Below are positions 1 through 12,731 of a stretch of 64,000 nt of DNA, piece after piece; positions within the stretch are counted from its first letter, which is position 1; the number at the start of each line of letters is the position of its first letter. The stretch lies in assembly GCA_964036045.1 (NCBI GenBank), contig OZ038378.1, positions 176,204,001 through 176,268,000 of the forward strand. The letters run 5' to 3'. The notes below the pieces were generated by a model, which saw only the letters and a program-made list of their open reading frames with translations, ran no database searches and was not told the DNA's origin. Source of the stretch: Eutreptiella sp. 'Long Island Sound 2002' (lineage: Eukaryota; Protista; Euglenida). A program made the position numbers and the translations under genes.

Positions 1-1916
1 ACGCAATGCTTTCACGCCCCCAATGCCCTGCGTAGTGTTATGGGGCATTATATTGTATCGACGAACATGTACTCTACAACAGCGCACTCATACAAATCGT
101 CACTTCTGTTTGCTTCTGGCACAGCATTAAGGGCAGCCCTGAACGATGGAATAAGTTCTTCCCGGCAAATGTTGGGCCAGCACAACTTTTTTTTTCTGTT
201 TTGCGATTCCCTCCTGTTCAATTTTCCATTTTTGTCCCAATGACCTTCAGCTGTAGGGTCTTCAAGTGTACGCCCCCCACCTTGCGCACACAACCCACCC
301 ACCCACCCACCCCGTAATGCCGTTGTTTTGTGGTCCTTTTTAGGATTGCTGTCTTTCTGCTCTAAAATGCAACTGCATGGCATTTTGAGGTTGTTGGTCG
401 TATTTCGAGGTTGGGTCATGTTTTTTTAGAGCAAGCTCTATTCTGCAAAGGATGTTGTCGATGATGAGTTTCCCAAAGTCGAGCAAGCCCAACTCCGTGC
501 CAAAGCCTCCGCCGCCGCTCCAAAGCGTTCACCAAAAGGCAAGCATGTGCAGTTCAAGATGAGAGGCAAAGTTCAAGGGGCTTCTATTCCACGGCCCTAG
601 TTGTAGTTGCCTCACATGAAAAACTAATAACGATGAAAAATAAAATGCCGAGAGTATCGTGCAGTAGGCGCTAGAAAACTGACAACAATGAAAACATGCT
701 GAAACCTTTGTGCATCGGGTTTGCCCTTGTGATTCCAACTTGGGGCTTAAGGCGAGCAATGTGCAAGTTTGTTGCACGAATAGCTTCGTACAGACCCAAT
801 GGCAGATTTGGATAACTTTTTCACTCTTATGCCCCCCAGCTTTGTTTAGCAAGTGCAAGGCATTGTACATGTGGTGCCATTGACTGAGATTGAGGTCGCT
901 GGTTTGTGTGATTTCTGCTTCTTGAATTACTGGGCCTAACCTACATTGGCACAAGAATAATCCAAAGACTGCAATAATACTCCAGTGAGCCACCTTGATG
1001 TTGGTTCTATATATGGGGCATCGTTGCCCACTGAGACTCAGGGCTAATGGGGCACCCTGCCATGACCTTGACAAATATTTCTTGTCACACTCGTGTTTAT
1101 TCGTTTCCTGGTGCATTTGTGTTCCACACCAGTTTCCATATTTACATTCCTGTGGACTGTGCGGCGGTGTGGCGGCTAGAGGCCTGGAAAGACTGGTCTT
1201 GTAGCTGTTGAGAGGTCTGACAAGAATGGACCGCCAGGCGGCGAGCGCGTGATCCTGGGGATTCCACGCAAGTGCTTGAAGATACTTTGCAAAGCAGAGG
1301 TATTCACAACACATTAACCAGAGCACTATTAGTAGGCAAATTAGGGTCGAAACCCCAGAAGAGGCCACTACCAAATGAAGAAAAGTAAGGGAAATACCCC
1401 AAACTGCCAACTTATGGGTATAGATAGGGTTAGTGTGCACTGCACATTTCCTCCACTGCTCTACAGATGCACAAAACACCTTCATTACTGAAAGCATGCC
1501 ACACACACCGCTTTAATCACACAGTGGCCAACCAGCTTTGTGGAAGAATTCACTTGTTTAGGGTCCCCGTTGTCTGAGGCACAGTAGGCATACTAATTGT
1601 GACCATTTGGCCCCTGGGACACGTGTAAAAATGGCCTGATACTTGGACGATCAGGGTTGCTCCAATATTGAGGTATTCTTTAATGACCAAGAGTAGCATA
1701 CTGGGACAGTATGCTTGGATTTGGGCCCTCATGGGGTATTAATTCATTATTATTCCATCGATTAAAATGGGGTTGAAAGCGGATGACACCAGGCCCTGTC
1801 ACATTTGCTTTTTTTTTTCCCATTTTTTGTGCACGTGCCACGCTTTCTCCTCCATGCACCGTGTTCCTCCATCCTCGCCCTTGTACACCCTTGCACTCAT
1901 CTGCCTCTGCGATCAG

Positions 1917-2290
1917 GACGACGACGTACCGATCAAGTCTTCGGGGGGGCAGCTGAGCAAGACGGCTAAGCTCCGTGTCGCTGGAAAACTCATTGTCACC
2001 AGTGGCCCGTGGGCGGTGCTGATGGCAATTGTGACAATCATAGCCGTCATAGGGTTGTCTCTCAACTGGTACCCGCAACAGCACACGGCCCAAGTGGTCC
2101 GTGACGGGATTTATTACACTTGTGCCGTGATTTTCATCTTTGAGTGCATTCTCAAGCTGCTGATCTTCGGCATCGCGGGGTATTTCAGGAGCGCCAACAA
2201 CATGTTGGATTTCTGCCTGGTCATCATCAACATCCTGTCCATCATCAGTCTCTTTTGGGATGCCCTTGACGACGTTGAACCTCTTGTAGG
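1917..2290 (+). CDS. Four-repeat voltage-gated cation channel (Nav/Cav-like, divergent), exon encoding repeat II S1-S3; gene is 5'-incomplete
   Basis: GATCAG|GAC acceptor. Translation has three TM helices and the S2-S3 signature FECILKLLIFGIAGYFRSANNMLDF (cf. E..LK....G...YF...WN.FD). Phase-2 donor GG|GTACTG joins in frame to 4174. Confidence 0.85.
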
Positions 2291-2519
2291 GTACTGCATT
2301 GCTCACGTGCCACTGTGCAGCCCAAGACTGTTCTTTTTGGAGGGTGCACGGGCTCATTGTTCCTCAAGAGATTCATAACTAACCCACTGGAGGCCGTCAC
2401 CACAGGGCGGTGCCACAGGCACACATGGACTTCACCCGCAGTGTGCACACGGTCCACAACATAAGGCTTGACCCGAGGCTGGCCCTGAAGTCCTTGTGGA
2501 GAAGCCCTTCCAGCAGGGC

Positions 2520-2850
2520 TGCGCTGCCTCACCGCAGGGGGCAATGGGCAGTAGGACTCCGGCAGTACACTGCCGCGCTGCAAGGGGGCCGGGAACGGGG
2601 CAGTAGCTGACGCACTGCACGGGGGTCGTGGGCAGTGGAAATTTGGCAGTACACTGCCACAACAGTGGGCAGTGGGCAGTGGCAGTGTGGCTGCTGAATG
2701 CACTGCCCGATTCCACAGCCCACTGACCCTGCAGTGTGGCGGTGTACCAAGGCATCCCACTACCCACTGGCCCCGGCACTGTGGCAGTGTACTGAAGGAT
2801 TTCCATTGTCCATTGCCCCCTTTCCCCTGCACAGTGCCTTTTGGCAACAG
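2520..2850. repeat. Foldback element made of CAGTACACTGCC-containing subunits
   Basis: The left arm CAGTACACTGCCACA is the reverse complement of the right arm TGTGGCAGTGTACTG; the outer arms GGGGCAATGG / CCATTGCCCC also pair. Confidence 0.8.
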
Positions 2851-4173
2851 CGCCTTCGGCACACACACAGACATTGTCCCCAGGACTCTGTCCACCGGCT
2901 CCATGTAAGGGAACCCTCCAAAGCACCCCAACCAAGCGACCCATGTGGGATTTCCACTAAAATATGGTGTTTCCCGTGCAACCCCCCCTCCCCCACACAC
3001 ACGTGATGATGTTTGTGCACCTAAAAGTGTGCATACCGGTGTGTAAGTTTGTGTGGAAAACTGCAAACCCTGGCGCCGCATGTATGTGGTATGTTCGTTG
3101 GAGTCGGATCACATGCGTTGCCTATGTACCTATGTTCCTTCATGGTCAGACGCGGTCAATTAGTGCGTTTTACCAAGTCCACAAAACAAGCAATGGGCCA
3201 TGTTGCCAATGTTGCCAATGTTGGGCAGTCACACCGTTGGTTGGAGTTGGATCTGAAGTTTCTACCAAGTTTGCGTTTGCTTGTGTGGCGTGGTTTGTGT
3301 ATGTCTGCTTGTTTCTCATATGTTGATTTCCTTAAGGGTTTTGGGGGGTTTCTGCCTTTGCCTACTCTGCCTCCATTGTTGGTGGATCATTGTTTCTCAA
3401 TTTTGCTGCCCAGTATAGTGCCATCATCTGCCCCAGCATCCGGCGTTTTGCTTGGACCTACGCCACTTTTCCGAGGCAGAGTTCCATGAGCAGCTCGTTG
3501 GAATGGAACCCCACATCTCGTGCCGGGGACCCCCCCTTGTCCAAGCACGAGCTTGTCCAAGCACGAAGACCCCGTGTGACCGTTGTTTTGATGGTTTTTC
3601 CTGACCATGGTTTTTACGGTCAGAAATTCAACGCTTGGTGATTGTGTGCTGCTTGTAGAGGGAAAGAGGGGCTGTTTGTGATGGTTCCTCTTGCTCACAA
3701 CATCATTCTGATTGGTACTGCAACCCAATGCTATCTGTTTTGCTGTGGTTTCCAGCCATGAATAAAGTCTCCATCACCATCAGAGGCAGGTTCGGAGGCC
3801 TCACCAACACGAGGGCGGTCATCAACAGCAGCCCGTGCGATTTGGGCCCAGGCCATATTTTCGAGGGCAAGCTTTACTTCACCAAAGATATTATTGATGA
3901 CAGTTTTGTCCCCAAGAATAGGAAGCCTAAACCTGTTCCACAACCTGCAGCCAAGCCTGCTCCGAAGCCTGCCCCAAAGGGGAAGCATGTGCAGGTTTTC
4001 TATGTATAGTGTCTTTTTGTGTTGCGCATCGTGCGCAAGCACGGGCTAGCACGGGCTAGCACGAAGACCCCGTGTGACCGTTGTTTTTCTGACCTTGGCC
4101 GTGCTTGGACGGGGGGGGGGGGGCATTGCCATCGCATGCCATCACATGAACTTTTCGCCCCATTACACTTCAG

Positions 4174-5026
4174 GGCCCAAGCCTTCCGACTGGTCCGCGT
4201 GATCAACTACTTCCCGTGGAACACGCGCAACAGGACCTTGGTCAAAACCTGGTTTCACTGCTTCCGAGACTATTTCTGGCTGGAGCTGTTGCACTGGCTG
4301 TTCATGTGGTGCATGGCCGTCATCGCGGCGTACATCTGTACCAGCCTCCCGTTGCCTCACCAGTTTCGATTGGGGTTCGACACTTTGTTCCAATCCCTCA
4401 CCACAGCGTACGTCTACAGCACAGGCTTCGCGTGGCAATACTACCTGGCGGAGTTGTACAAGGTTTCTGACTGGTTCAAGATTGTCTACTCCCTGGCATT
4501 CCTGGTGCTGCTCTTCATGTTCGGGCTCTTCATGATGCCTGCCCTATTTGTCACTGTGCAACTTCACCGGATATGGACCATGATGCAGCGAGCAATCACG
4601 ACTAACAGCATCCACTCCGAGTACCTCACAAACGACCCTCGGTTACCGGCCTTGACGCAACTGATTGATCAGAGCCAATTCACACTCAGTGGGAGTGACG
4701 GCGCCCAGAACTCCGACGACGCTGACTGGGAGAGTGCGGCCTCGGGCGAGGGCATGCAAGGGCTGACGTTTGCCCCGGACGTCGATCCGATTGGCAGGCG
4801 AACCACCGGCGCCGCGGATGATCTGCAGCCCTACAGCGGGGCCTCGCCGCGCGTCGCGGACTTTGTGCTCGGCACGGCATTTCGAGCGGCCACGCACCTC
4901 AACATCGTGGCCCACTGCGTGTTCGTGGCGCTGGTGAACGACAAGGCCAGGGACGGTACGAAGGCCGTCTACACGGTCGGCCTCGTCGTCTGTCTGCTCC
5001 TCTGCGCGATTGAGACGGCATTGAAG
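4174..5026 (+). CDS. Channel exon: repeat II S4-S6, II-III linker, repeat III S1-S2
   Basis: TTCAG|G acceptor (phase 2). AQAFRLVRV S4-like segment, FDTLFQSL...TGFAW pore helix, hydrophobic S6, acidic linker, ends IETALK|GTCCGA. Confidence 0.85.
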
Positions 5027-6258
5027 GTCCGAGCCGCCCGCATCGTGCTCAGGGTCATGCATGCAAAGGGTCCCCGGTGCACAGGGGAGTCCACAAGGAA
5101 CGGACAGCTCCCACCTTCGAATATTCGCAACGGCCCAGCGCACTCACCCCATTCTTCGGTGCAGGGGTACCGCCCTGCGACCACGTATCTTGTGGCTTGC
5201 TCATGTGCCAAGCCGCCCCCCCCTCCCCTTCAGATCCCCCAAAGTTCTCGGACCTTTGGCCAATTTCAGAATGGAATCTGGGAATCTGGGCGCCGAAGCG
5301 TGGCATCGTTTTGTGCACGTGACAAGGGGGGCACCCAACCGTGTGCGAGGACTTTGGGGGGTCTGGAGGGGCGTCCGGCCAAGGGGCCAGCCGGAGCCAA
5401 AAAAACTTTCACCCCTTCACACATGCCTCAAAATGATCGGTGCGTCGTGCTGATCATTGAGAGTTGTGTATGTTGGGGTAAAAATGTTTTTGAAAAAACG
5501 TGTTGCCCCCTGGGGGGGCCAGCAGCCGAAACGGATTGGGTTGAGGTGAAGGTGGGAATCAAATTGTTTCTCATGTTTTTTAAACATATTTGAATTCTCC
5601 GGGTTAGGACTCTGAGCCTGTTGAGGACACGCATATGGGGTGAAAAAATCTTCTGCCCCTTGCTGTACAACAAGGAATAGTGCGCTGGCCGAAGGCACCG
5701 ACACTCAATTGCACAAGAGCAGCACGCAATCGAGCAGCGTCTAATTTGCACGGGCCACATATAAATTGTACGCCGTGTGCGAGAAGAAAAATCGGGGACA
5801 ACAGAAACAGAACCCAAAAGCATATTCTGGCCGAACATCCAGTAAATTGATGCCCCGCCAAGAGTCGGATCCGATTTCCTTCTGGCGCCATCCGATTGAA
5901 CTGTTCAGGTACAAGTTCATGAAGAGCGCCTTTGCTTTCATACCGCCTCCGCACTCATGCCACCTCCGCATGCCACCTCCACTGGTACTGGGTCCATACG
6001 GTACCCGGCTCAGCAATGGTACGGCCTCTGTACCGAAACCACTGCTCTCCGCTGACACTGCCACTGCACTACTGACAGCCCCGCTACACCCAAGGATACC
6101 GTCTGAGTCCTCTGTGGGCTGTAAGTGTAAATTTTAAACGAGCGTCTCGCGGGTCCGTTATGGGGCCTTGACCGGGCCGTCAACTACTGAGATCTCTTGT
6201 GGCGAGGGTGCCGGTTGCTTCCATGATCATTACCGACTCACCCTTTTCCATTGCTCAG

Positions 6259-6789
6259 GTCTACGTTTACAGACCCCGGTACCTCTTCCGAAGCGCATGG
6301 GCTGTCTTCGACGTACTGGCGTTGCTGCTGATGACCGTGGGGCTTTGGGTGTCCGCGCTGAACTTCGTCGTTATTCTGCGCCTGTTCCATCTCATGCGGG
6401 CGTACACGGATGGTCACCGGATCCACGCGATCCTGTTCACCAGCATGCGGCCCGCGTCCAGCATGTGCAGCGCCGGCCTGTTCTGGGTGACGGTCTTGTT
6501 GACCTTCTCGTTCATGGGGATCGAATTGTACAGCGGCCGCTTCAACGATTGTTTGCGGTGCTCCTCGGACGAGAACGGGCAGTACAGCCGGATGGACTGC
6601 CGCATCGTCTCCAACGCGTCCCAATTCTGCAACCAAAGCACCTGCGAGGCCGCGCCGTACTTTTACAACGCCTCCAATCCGTCCAATGGGACCTACCAAA
6701 TCTGGGCCCAACCGGCCACCACCTTCGACAATTTGTACCAGGCGTCGCTTGCTTTTCTTCGTGTGACGATGAATGCCGACTGGGCGCTG
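6259..6789 (+). CDS. Channel exon: repeat III S3-S5, Cys-rich extracellular loop, pore helix
   Basis: CTCAG|GTC acceptor. YLFRSAWAVFD, FSFMGIELYSGRF..C (cf. F..MGV.LF.GKF..C), TTFDNLYQASLAF...DW; donor CTG|GTAACC. Confidence 0.9.
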
Positions 6790-6819
6790 GTAACCCTTTG
6801 CTCTTGCCCGAATGAAGAG

Positions 6820-7255
6820 GTACAGGTAGAGGTAGAGATCAAAATAGAGTAGAGGTGGAGGTGGAGGTAGAGGTAGAGATAGAGGTACAGGTACAGGTAC
6901 AGGTACAGCGAGAGATACAGATAGAGATGGGAGTGTAGGTATAGGTAGAGGTAGCGGTAGAGATAGAAGTAGAGATAGGGGTAAGGCTAGAGGTAGAGGT
7001 GGAGGTGGAGGTGGAGGTTAGGATTGACGTGGAGGTAGAGATAGAGGTAGAGGTAGAGACTGAGGTAGAGGCAGAGGTAGAGGTAGAGGTAGAATTAGAG
7101 TTAGAGGTAGAGGTAGAGGTAGAGGTAGAGGTAGAGGTAGAGGTAGAGGTAGAGGTAGATAGATAGAGATAGAGATCGAGGGAAGTAGAGGGCAGAGATA
7201 GAGATTGAGGTATAGAGAGAGAAATAGAGGTAGAGGTAGAGGTAGAGGTAGCGAT
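6820..7255 (+). repeat. Degenerate (GTAGAG)n hexamer array
   Basis: Direct reading; about 430 bp of purine-rich tandem repeat. Confidence 0.97.
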
Positions 7256-9399
7256 GGAGTGTTTGGGTGATCTCCGGGCTCCAGCATACCATTGCCGTCA
7301 TGTGCTTCCTCCCTCTGGGCAGAGTCCCTCCTTTCGTTCTGACAGCCTAACGACTTGCTGATTTCTACCCTACCAAGGACTACCAGTGCGGACGTTTTTC
7401 TGCAGCTCTGCTGCACAAGCACTGACGCACTCACAGCCATTCTCTGGCCCCGACAGTGGTGCGCCGTGATATCAAACCTCCGTTGGCTGACAACTATTGC
7501 CACCCCCACTGCTCTTCCCGTTGATGCGGTGCCACTGTGCAACTCAACCAGAGGGCAGGCAACAGTACAGTGAGTGATGCACCAACAGGCAAAAAGAGGG
7601 GTGTTTGTCGGTCATAATGTGTACCAGGGCAGAGACGCAGTGTAGTGCAGTGGGTCAGAGGCCAGGCCAAAGTTTGTGCATGTCTACACTGAGCGGGTGG
7701 GCAGAAGCCCCTGGCAGAGCACCGGTACCCCACAACGCATCGGTCTAGGACTGTGACGCAAAGCGACCGCCCCTCACGGGGTGCTTATCCTGCAGAATTA
7801 TCCTGGAACAGAGGCAATTTAGTTGTACATACACACATGCTTTTTTTATGTAACGGACACCCCTATACACCTTTCCCCCTTATTTTTGTTACTGTTTTTA
7901 CCTTTTTGGGACTCTTCCCCCCACAAATGGTGCATTTGTTGCCCATCTCCAATATGGAAAGGGGCCGTATATGAACTTTGAGTCGTCCCCGCTTTGGGCA
8001 CTCCTGAGACAGCAAGGTTTAAGTAGCACAGGGCGGTTGCCAGCCAAGAGCGTGAGATCGGGCAAGACGAGGCGCTATACAAATGGCGTTTGCTGCTCAT
8101 TGAAGATCCCGCCCCCGAGCTTAGCCCCAGCTCGATGTGGCGGTGCTCTAGGTGCAAACGCCGGTGGCCATATGGCGCATTCATACTGTCCGATGTTGTG
8201 ATGTGGTGGGGAGATTGGACATACGTTGTGCGGCACGTTGCATATTCCGGAGTGCACTCAATGCTTCTTTGGAAAATTTTTTGCAATAAAGCATGTTGTG
8301 CGAGTTTGTGAACCTCTCAGGAAATTCAAACATTGTAAAAATCAGTATTGTGTCTGTTGTTGATGTGCGCGCAAAACAACCACGGAATGCCGCAAGACAC
8401 CCATACACACTTACGCACAACCATAGCACAGCGGAGGGCTCACGTACAATCATACTAGTTGCTTGATTCAAGGGGTATGGGGGAAGCAGTAGCATTGGGG
8501 CTTTGTTACTTCTGACCGAGGGGTTGGCGTCCCCTCTCCTTAACCATAGTAGAAGGGTGGGATTCCCTACCATGCTTTGTACGTTGAGCCGGGGCCGTAG
8601 TCTCTCCTAATTAGAGAGCGATGATGTCAACATATCAACGTGCACGGAACGTTTTTGTTCCGGTGTACATTTCCTTGACAGTGTACACTCAACCTAATTA
8701 CCCTTACCCCGCAGCGCCCGCGGCACCGTGAGTGCTCCCTTAGTCTCTGAATCTAGCCCCACCGTAGGTAATTATGAGACTCTTGATGAGTTGTGGCGTG
8801 AGCTAGCCCCTGTGGATTTTGAGGCCTCTGTTGCGGAGTTTTCCTTGCCTCGCAATGTTTACTCCCCGACTCGGGAGGACATGGTTTTACCCATGGTTCG
8901 TTGGCTCCTGAATGCGGGGGTGGTGAGCATTATGGATAGGCGCCCAACAGAGCCGCAACGCGCCCAAAAAGCAAGCGGTGCACATACTTGCAAGGCAACT
9001 GCCCGAAAAATGATCTGCACAACGTCGGATCCATGTCGGGGAGTCTCATTCAGAGCCTGTTGTAGGCAAGCCTATTACCCGCGACCCATTGCAACCCCCA
9101 GGGCGCGGGACTGCAGGTGTGTCAAGGCCCCGGCCTGCATTGAGGTTTGGTGCCCCAGGTGCCAAAAGGCATTTTTAAAAAAAAACATGTGCATGGTGCG
9201 TACCCTCATGGATGGCCTCCATGGTTGTATGCAATTGATATTGACATTTGCGAGGAACCCGCTCACTTTTACATGTTTGATTTCAATTGAATCCTAGTTT
9301 CTTGTTGAAACGCCAGAAACTTGACGGGCTTCCACCTAGGGCGATAGGAGGTTGAGCTATGGAGCTATGATACCGCGACCCCCCCCCCCCCCACGAAAA

Positions 9400-9735
9400 A
9401 AGGGGAAGTGCAAGTACATGGGGGATTGAATGCATGGTGGCAAACACACACGGAGTGCTTCACCCAAGAGAAACCAGCCAACGATCACAGTTGGCAAAGG
9501 GCAACGGAATCACGTCCGAAGCGCCCGAGGCAGGCAGGCCCGGGAGTGCTACAAGGAGTGCAAGATCTGATTGCAGAACTGGTGGCGAAGGGCTACAGGA
9601 TAGTGTACACGGACGGATCGTCGAAACGACTGAGCCACAAGGACATGCGCAGAGCCGGGGGATTTGGCATGTTCGCGGCGGAAGACGAACAGGGACCAGA
9701 GGTGCGCTTCTGTGGCTACGTACCAACACATCACA
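9400..9735 (+). mobile_element. Retroelement RNase H fragment, truncated
   Basis: GYRIVYTDGSS...GGFGMF matches the N-terminal catalytic motif of RNase H1; the later catalytic motifs are absent. Confidence 0.75.
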
Positions 9736-10453
9736 GGCCAGTTTCCGTTGCCTCATGGCCCACGAAAAAACATCTAGCCTTCCCGAGTGCCCCCCCGCCC
9801 GCGCCCCCCGGCCCTGAGATTATTGTAGTCAAGGGGGTTAGGTATAGACCGAGTCACTCCAGCTCCCCTTGGTCTCAGCCCAGGCTGAGCAATGATTTGT
9901 CGCGCTTGTGGGCAAGCACCAACACAGCCCAGATTTTAGGAGCTGTTGGTGGGGGTTGGTGGGGGCAAGCTGCAGTGGGCTGAATTTTCTCACACAGGGA
10001 AATTGGCAAGTACATCCCTGAGATTCCTCTTGCTGAATGGGAGCGGTGCATTGTGTTGCCTGCTACATCTCCACTGCGACAAACACCTTCTGCAAGAGTT
10101 GCTTGGTGGGGGTTGAAAGCTGCTGATTTTCCTGTTTTGTCCTCAATGTATGTGTGTTTTGTCTGGCAGCCTCGCTCAGCACGTGGAGAGGGCCTTCAGT
10201 TTGTTGGGACCTTATGGAAAAGAACGTAACCCCCACCAACGGGTTGAAGCTTGCCGAAGCATGCTGCAGCATTCCGCAGCATGCTGCAGCGAGACAAGTG
10301 TTTTTTGGGGACCGGTGGTGCTTGGTTGTGGGGTGGCAACAGCGGATGTTCCCATAGCGTATGTACTCTTCTGAACGAGCATCCCTTGGCCTTGGCATTT
10401 GCCTTTGCTGTTGCGCTTGATACCTCCTCCCCATTTCCTCGCCCTTCCCTCAG

Positions 10454-10689
10454 GTCATGTTCAACGCAGTCGACTCCCATCGCACCCAAGGAGAATGCAT
10501 GACTCCCCACAACAGAGAGTATCATGCCTTTTTCTTCATCTTGTTTCATATTTTGGGGTTTTACCTCAGCCGGAGCTGGTACCTTGCAGTCGTTGCCTTC
10601 GTGCTTTCGCGCCCCCGGTTGACCATACCAGGATTCGAGGCGTTCGACAGCGCGCAGCAGAATTGGCTGCGTATGGTGCTGACTAGCAG
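10454..10689 (+). CDS. Channel exon: repeat III P2-S6 and start of III-IV linker
   Basis: CTCAG|GTC ATG TTC AAC GCA GTC GAC continues DWAL|VMFNAVD (cf. W..IMY.AVD). FFFILFHILGFYL S6, Q.NW linker motif; phase-2 donor AG|GTGCCA. Confidence 0.85.
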
Positions 10690-11409
10690 GTGCCACCAGC
10701 CCCCAGGAAGTAACGTACATGAATTCAAATTAATGGTCTGGGAAGATACCATGGAATTTTTGACCTCTCTGTGCGTGCGTGCGTGCGTGCGTGTGCGCGC
10801 ACGCGCGCGTGTGTGTGCGTGTGTTTCTGGGTTCAACTTCGGTTGCGGTGCTTTGGTCACGTCTGGTTTATCTCTTTTCTTCAGCTTTTGCTCGAGATCC
10901 GTCCCCTCCACCCGCTTCCCAACACTGTAAGCGGTCAACCGGACGATCCATTCGGGGGCTGGGAGCGGGATGACGGGCACAAGCAGCATGAGCGAGCATC
11001 GGTAACCCATCGGTAACCCATCGAGCATCGGTACTGCCTGTCTTGGGCCTGTTTGTTTGCATCCTGCCGTACACTCGCCTACACCCCGTACTATTCCCCT
11101 GCACCGATCTGCCTTTTGGTTTGACGACACACCGAAGATATCTGGGCATTCAGACGGTGTTGACGTCCCGTGCCCGTTTGTCACGCCATCTGTGTGTGTT
11201 GCTGTGATTCTGTACTGCGAGGGTGGTATGGGGAATCCCAGGAGTCCCACAAGGACCAGACTTTCTTTTCTTCGATGATTTACAGTCGAGTTACCCGGTT
11301 TCGGGTTGGCGATCGACCGCCGGTGCCGACCTGTTACCACCCGGCGGTCACACCGATGATCATGTGCCAAGAGGATCGCCTTGGGGGTAATGTTTTGATC
11401 GCTTTCGAA

Positions 11410-11950
11410 TCCATTTCAGACCCCTGACAGGCCCATTCTCTGGGGCTTTTTGGGGCCTTTGGCGGAGCAAGCAGGTCGAATTATCCAAAATGGGAGCGAA
11501 AAGGGTTGCTGAGTGCCTTGGGATGCTCCAACGGACGACGTAGTTGCTTTCAGCACGTTTTCATGTGTTTTTACCACAGAACAACCATTCAATTGTGGGC
11601 CGGCGTGGGCCGGAGGGAGCTCGGCTGGAGCTGTTCTAGGACCCCAAAAGGTGCCAAAAAGGCTTAAGAATGCATCTTTCGGAATCAAAATTATGAGAAA
11701 GGGGTCAAAAATGTGTTTTCCCGAGCACTGCGACACTGCTTTCGGTTCCTGGAGTGGATGTCTTTAAGCCTATTTCGTGTGCATTGCAACCCTGTGTGCG
11801 CCCCAAAATTTTCAATGCCTTGAAAATGGGCCACGTTGGGACCAAAAGTGGGTCAAAATGGGACAAAAACGTGTTTTACCACGCCACTTAGCAGGCTCCA
11901 GTAGATGTTTTTTTGGACCAATTTGGGCCGAAAATGGCCAAGACTGGGCC
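11410..11950. repeat. Copy of a dispersed repeat family (related copies near 5240-5590, 13020-13230, 21190-21400, 57880-57990, 58560-58700)
   Basis: Recurrent motifs such as GGGTCAAAA..TGTTTT.CC, CCAAAATGG and GCATTT..GG, recognised by eye rather than by alignment. Confidence 0.55.
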
Positions 11951-12208
11951 AGTTCGCAGGGGTGACAACTTCGCGATCCGAGCCGTTGACTTCACAGCAC
12001 AGATTTGGGGATTGGCAAGGACACCTGTGAGGGTCTAAGTCCCGGCAGGCGCAGCAGCCGGCGGGCCACTGTGTCATGCCAAGGAGTGGTGAAGTGCTGG
12101 CTTGTTTGTGTAGGCTTTTATGGGGGAGGGTGTAGAATCATCTAATCCCTCCACAAGCACGGGCAACAACCCTCTGGACCCCTGACAACCCTCATCAACC
12201 CTTGACAG

Positions 12209-12731
12209 GATCCCGTACAAGCCAATTCCCGCGCCGAGATACCGGTTGCTGAAAGGGCATCCCCCTGTGGACAAGATCAGTTACAAATTTTGGAAGCTCA
12301 AACTCCGACTCATGCGGCTGCCGCAGTCCGACGCGTACCACATCACTGTTCTTATTGTGGAGGTGGCATACTTCTGTGTGCTGTGCACCACGCACTGGCA
12401 GCAGCCAGGCTGGTTGACCACCGTTCAGGACAGCATTGGTGGCGTGCTGCTGATGCTGATGCTGCTGGACTGCATGTTCCAGCTTTGGTCTTCGGGCTGG
12501 AAGAATTATATCTCGAGCGGACTAAACCAGTTCAAACTTGTCACGTTGGTGCTGGACTCGCTCACCTTCCTCCTGTCCATGATCGGCGTTCTCGGCGGGT
12601 ACCCGTACGGGCTACTGCGGCTCTCCTGGCTTCCGATATTTTGCGCGAAGGCATGGAAGTACTACGTATGGAAGACCCCGCAGCATCGGTTGGAATCCCT
12701 GTACGACATCCCTGCGTTCTTTGCGTTCCAG
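12209..12731 (+). CDS. Channel exon: III-IV linker and repeat IV S1-S4
   Basis: GACAG|G ATC joins in phase 2. IPYKPIPAP resembles the KPIPRP linker of Nav/Cav channels, followed by four TM segments; donor CAG|GTTCCG. Confidence 0.85.

Noticed and set aside
529-1506. 325-aa minus-strand ORF
   Set aside because: No recognisable domain, atypical composition, and it lies antisense in a presumed channel intron.
7018-7542. ORFs with (LP)n or (LY)n peptides
   Set aside because: Translations of the GTAGAG microsatellite.
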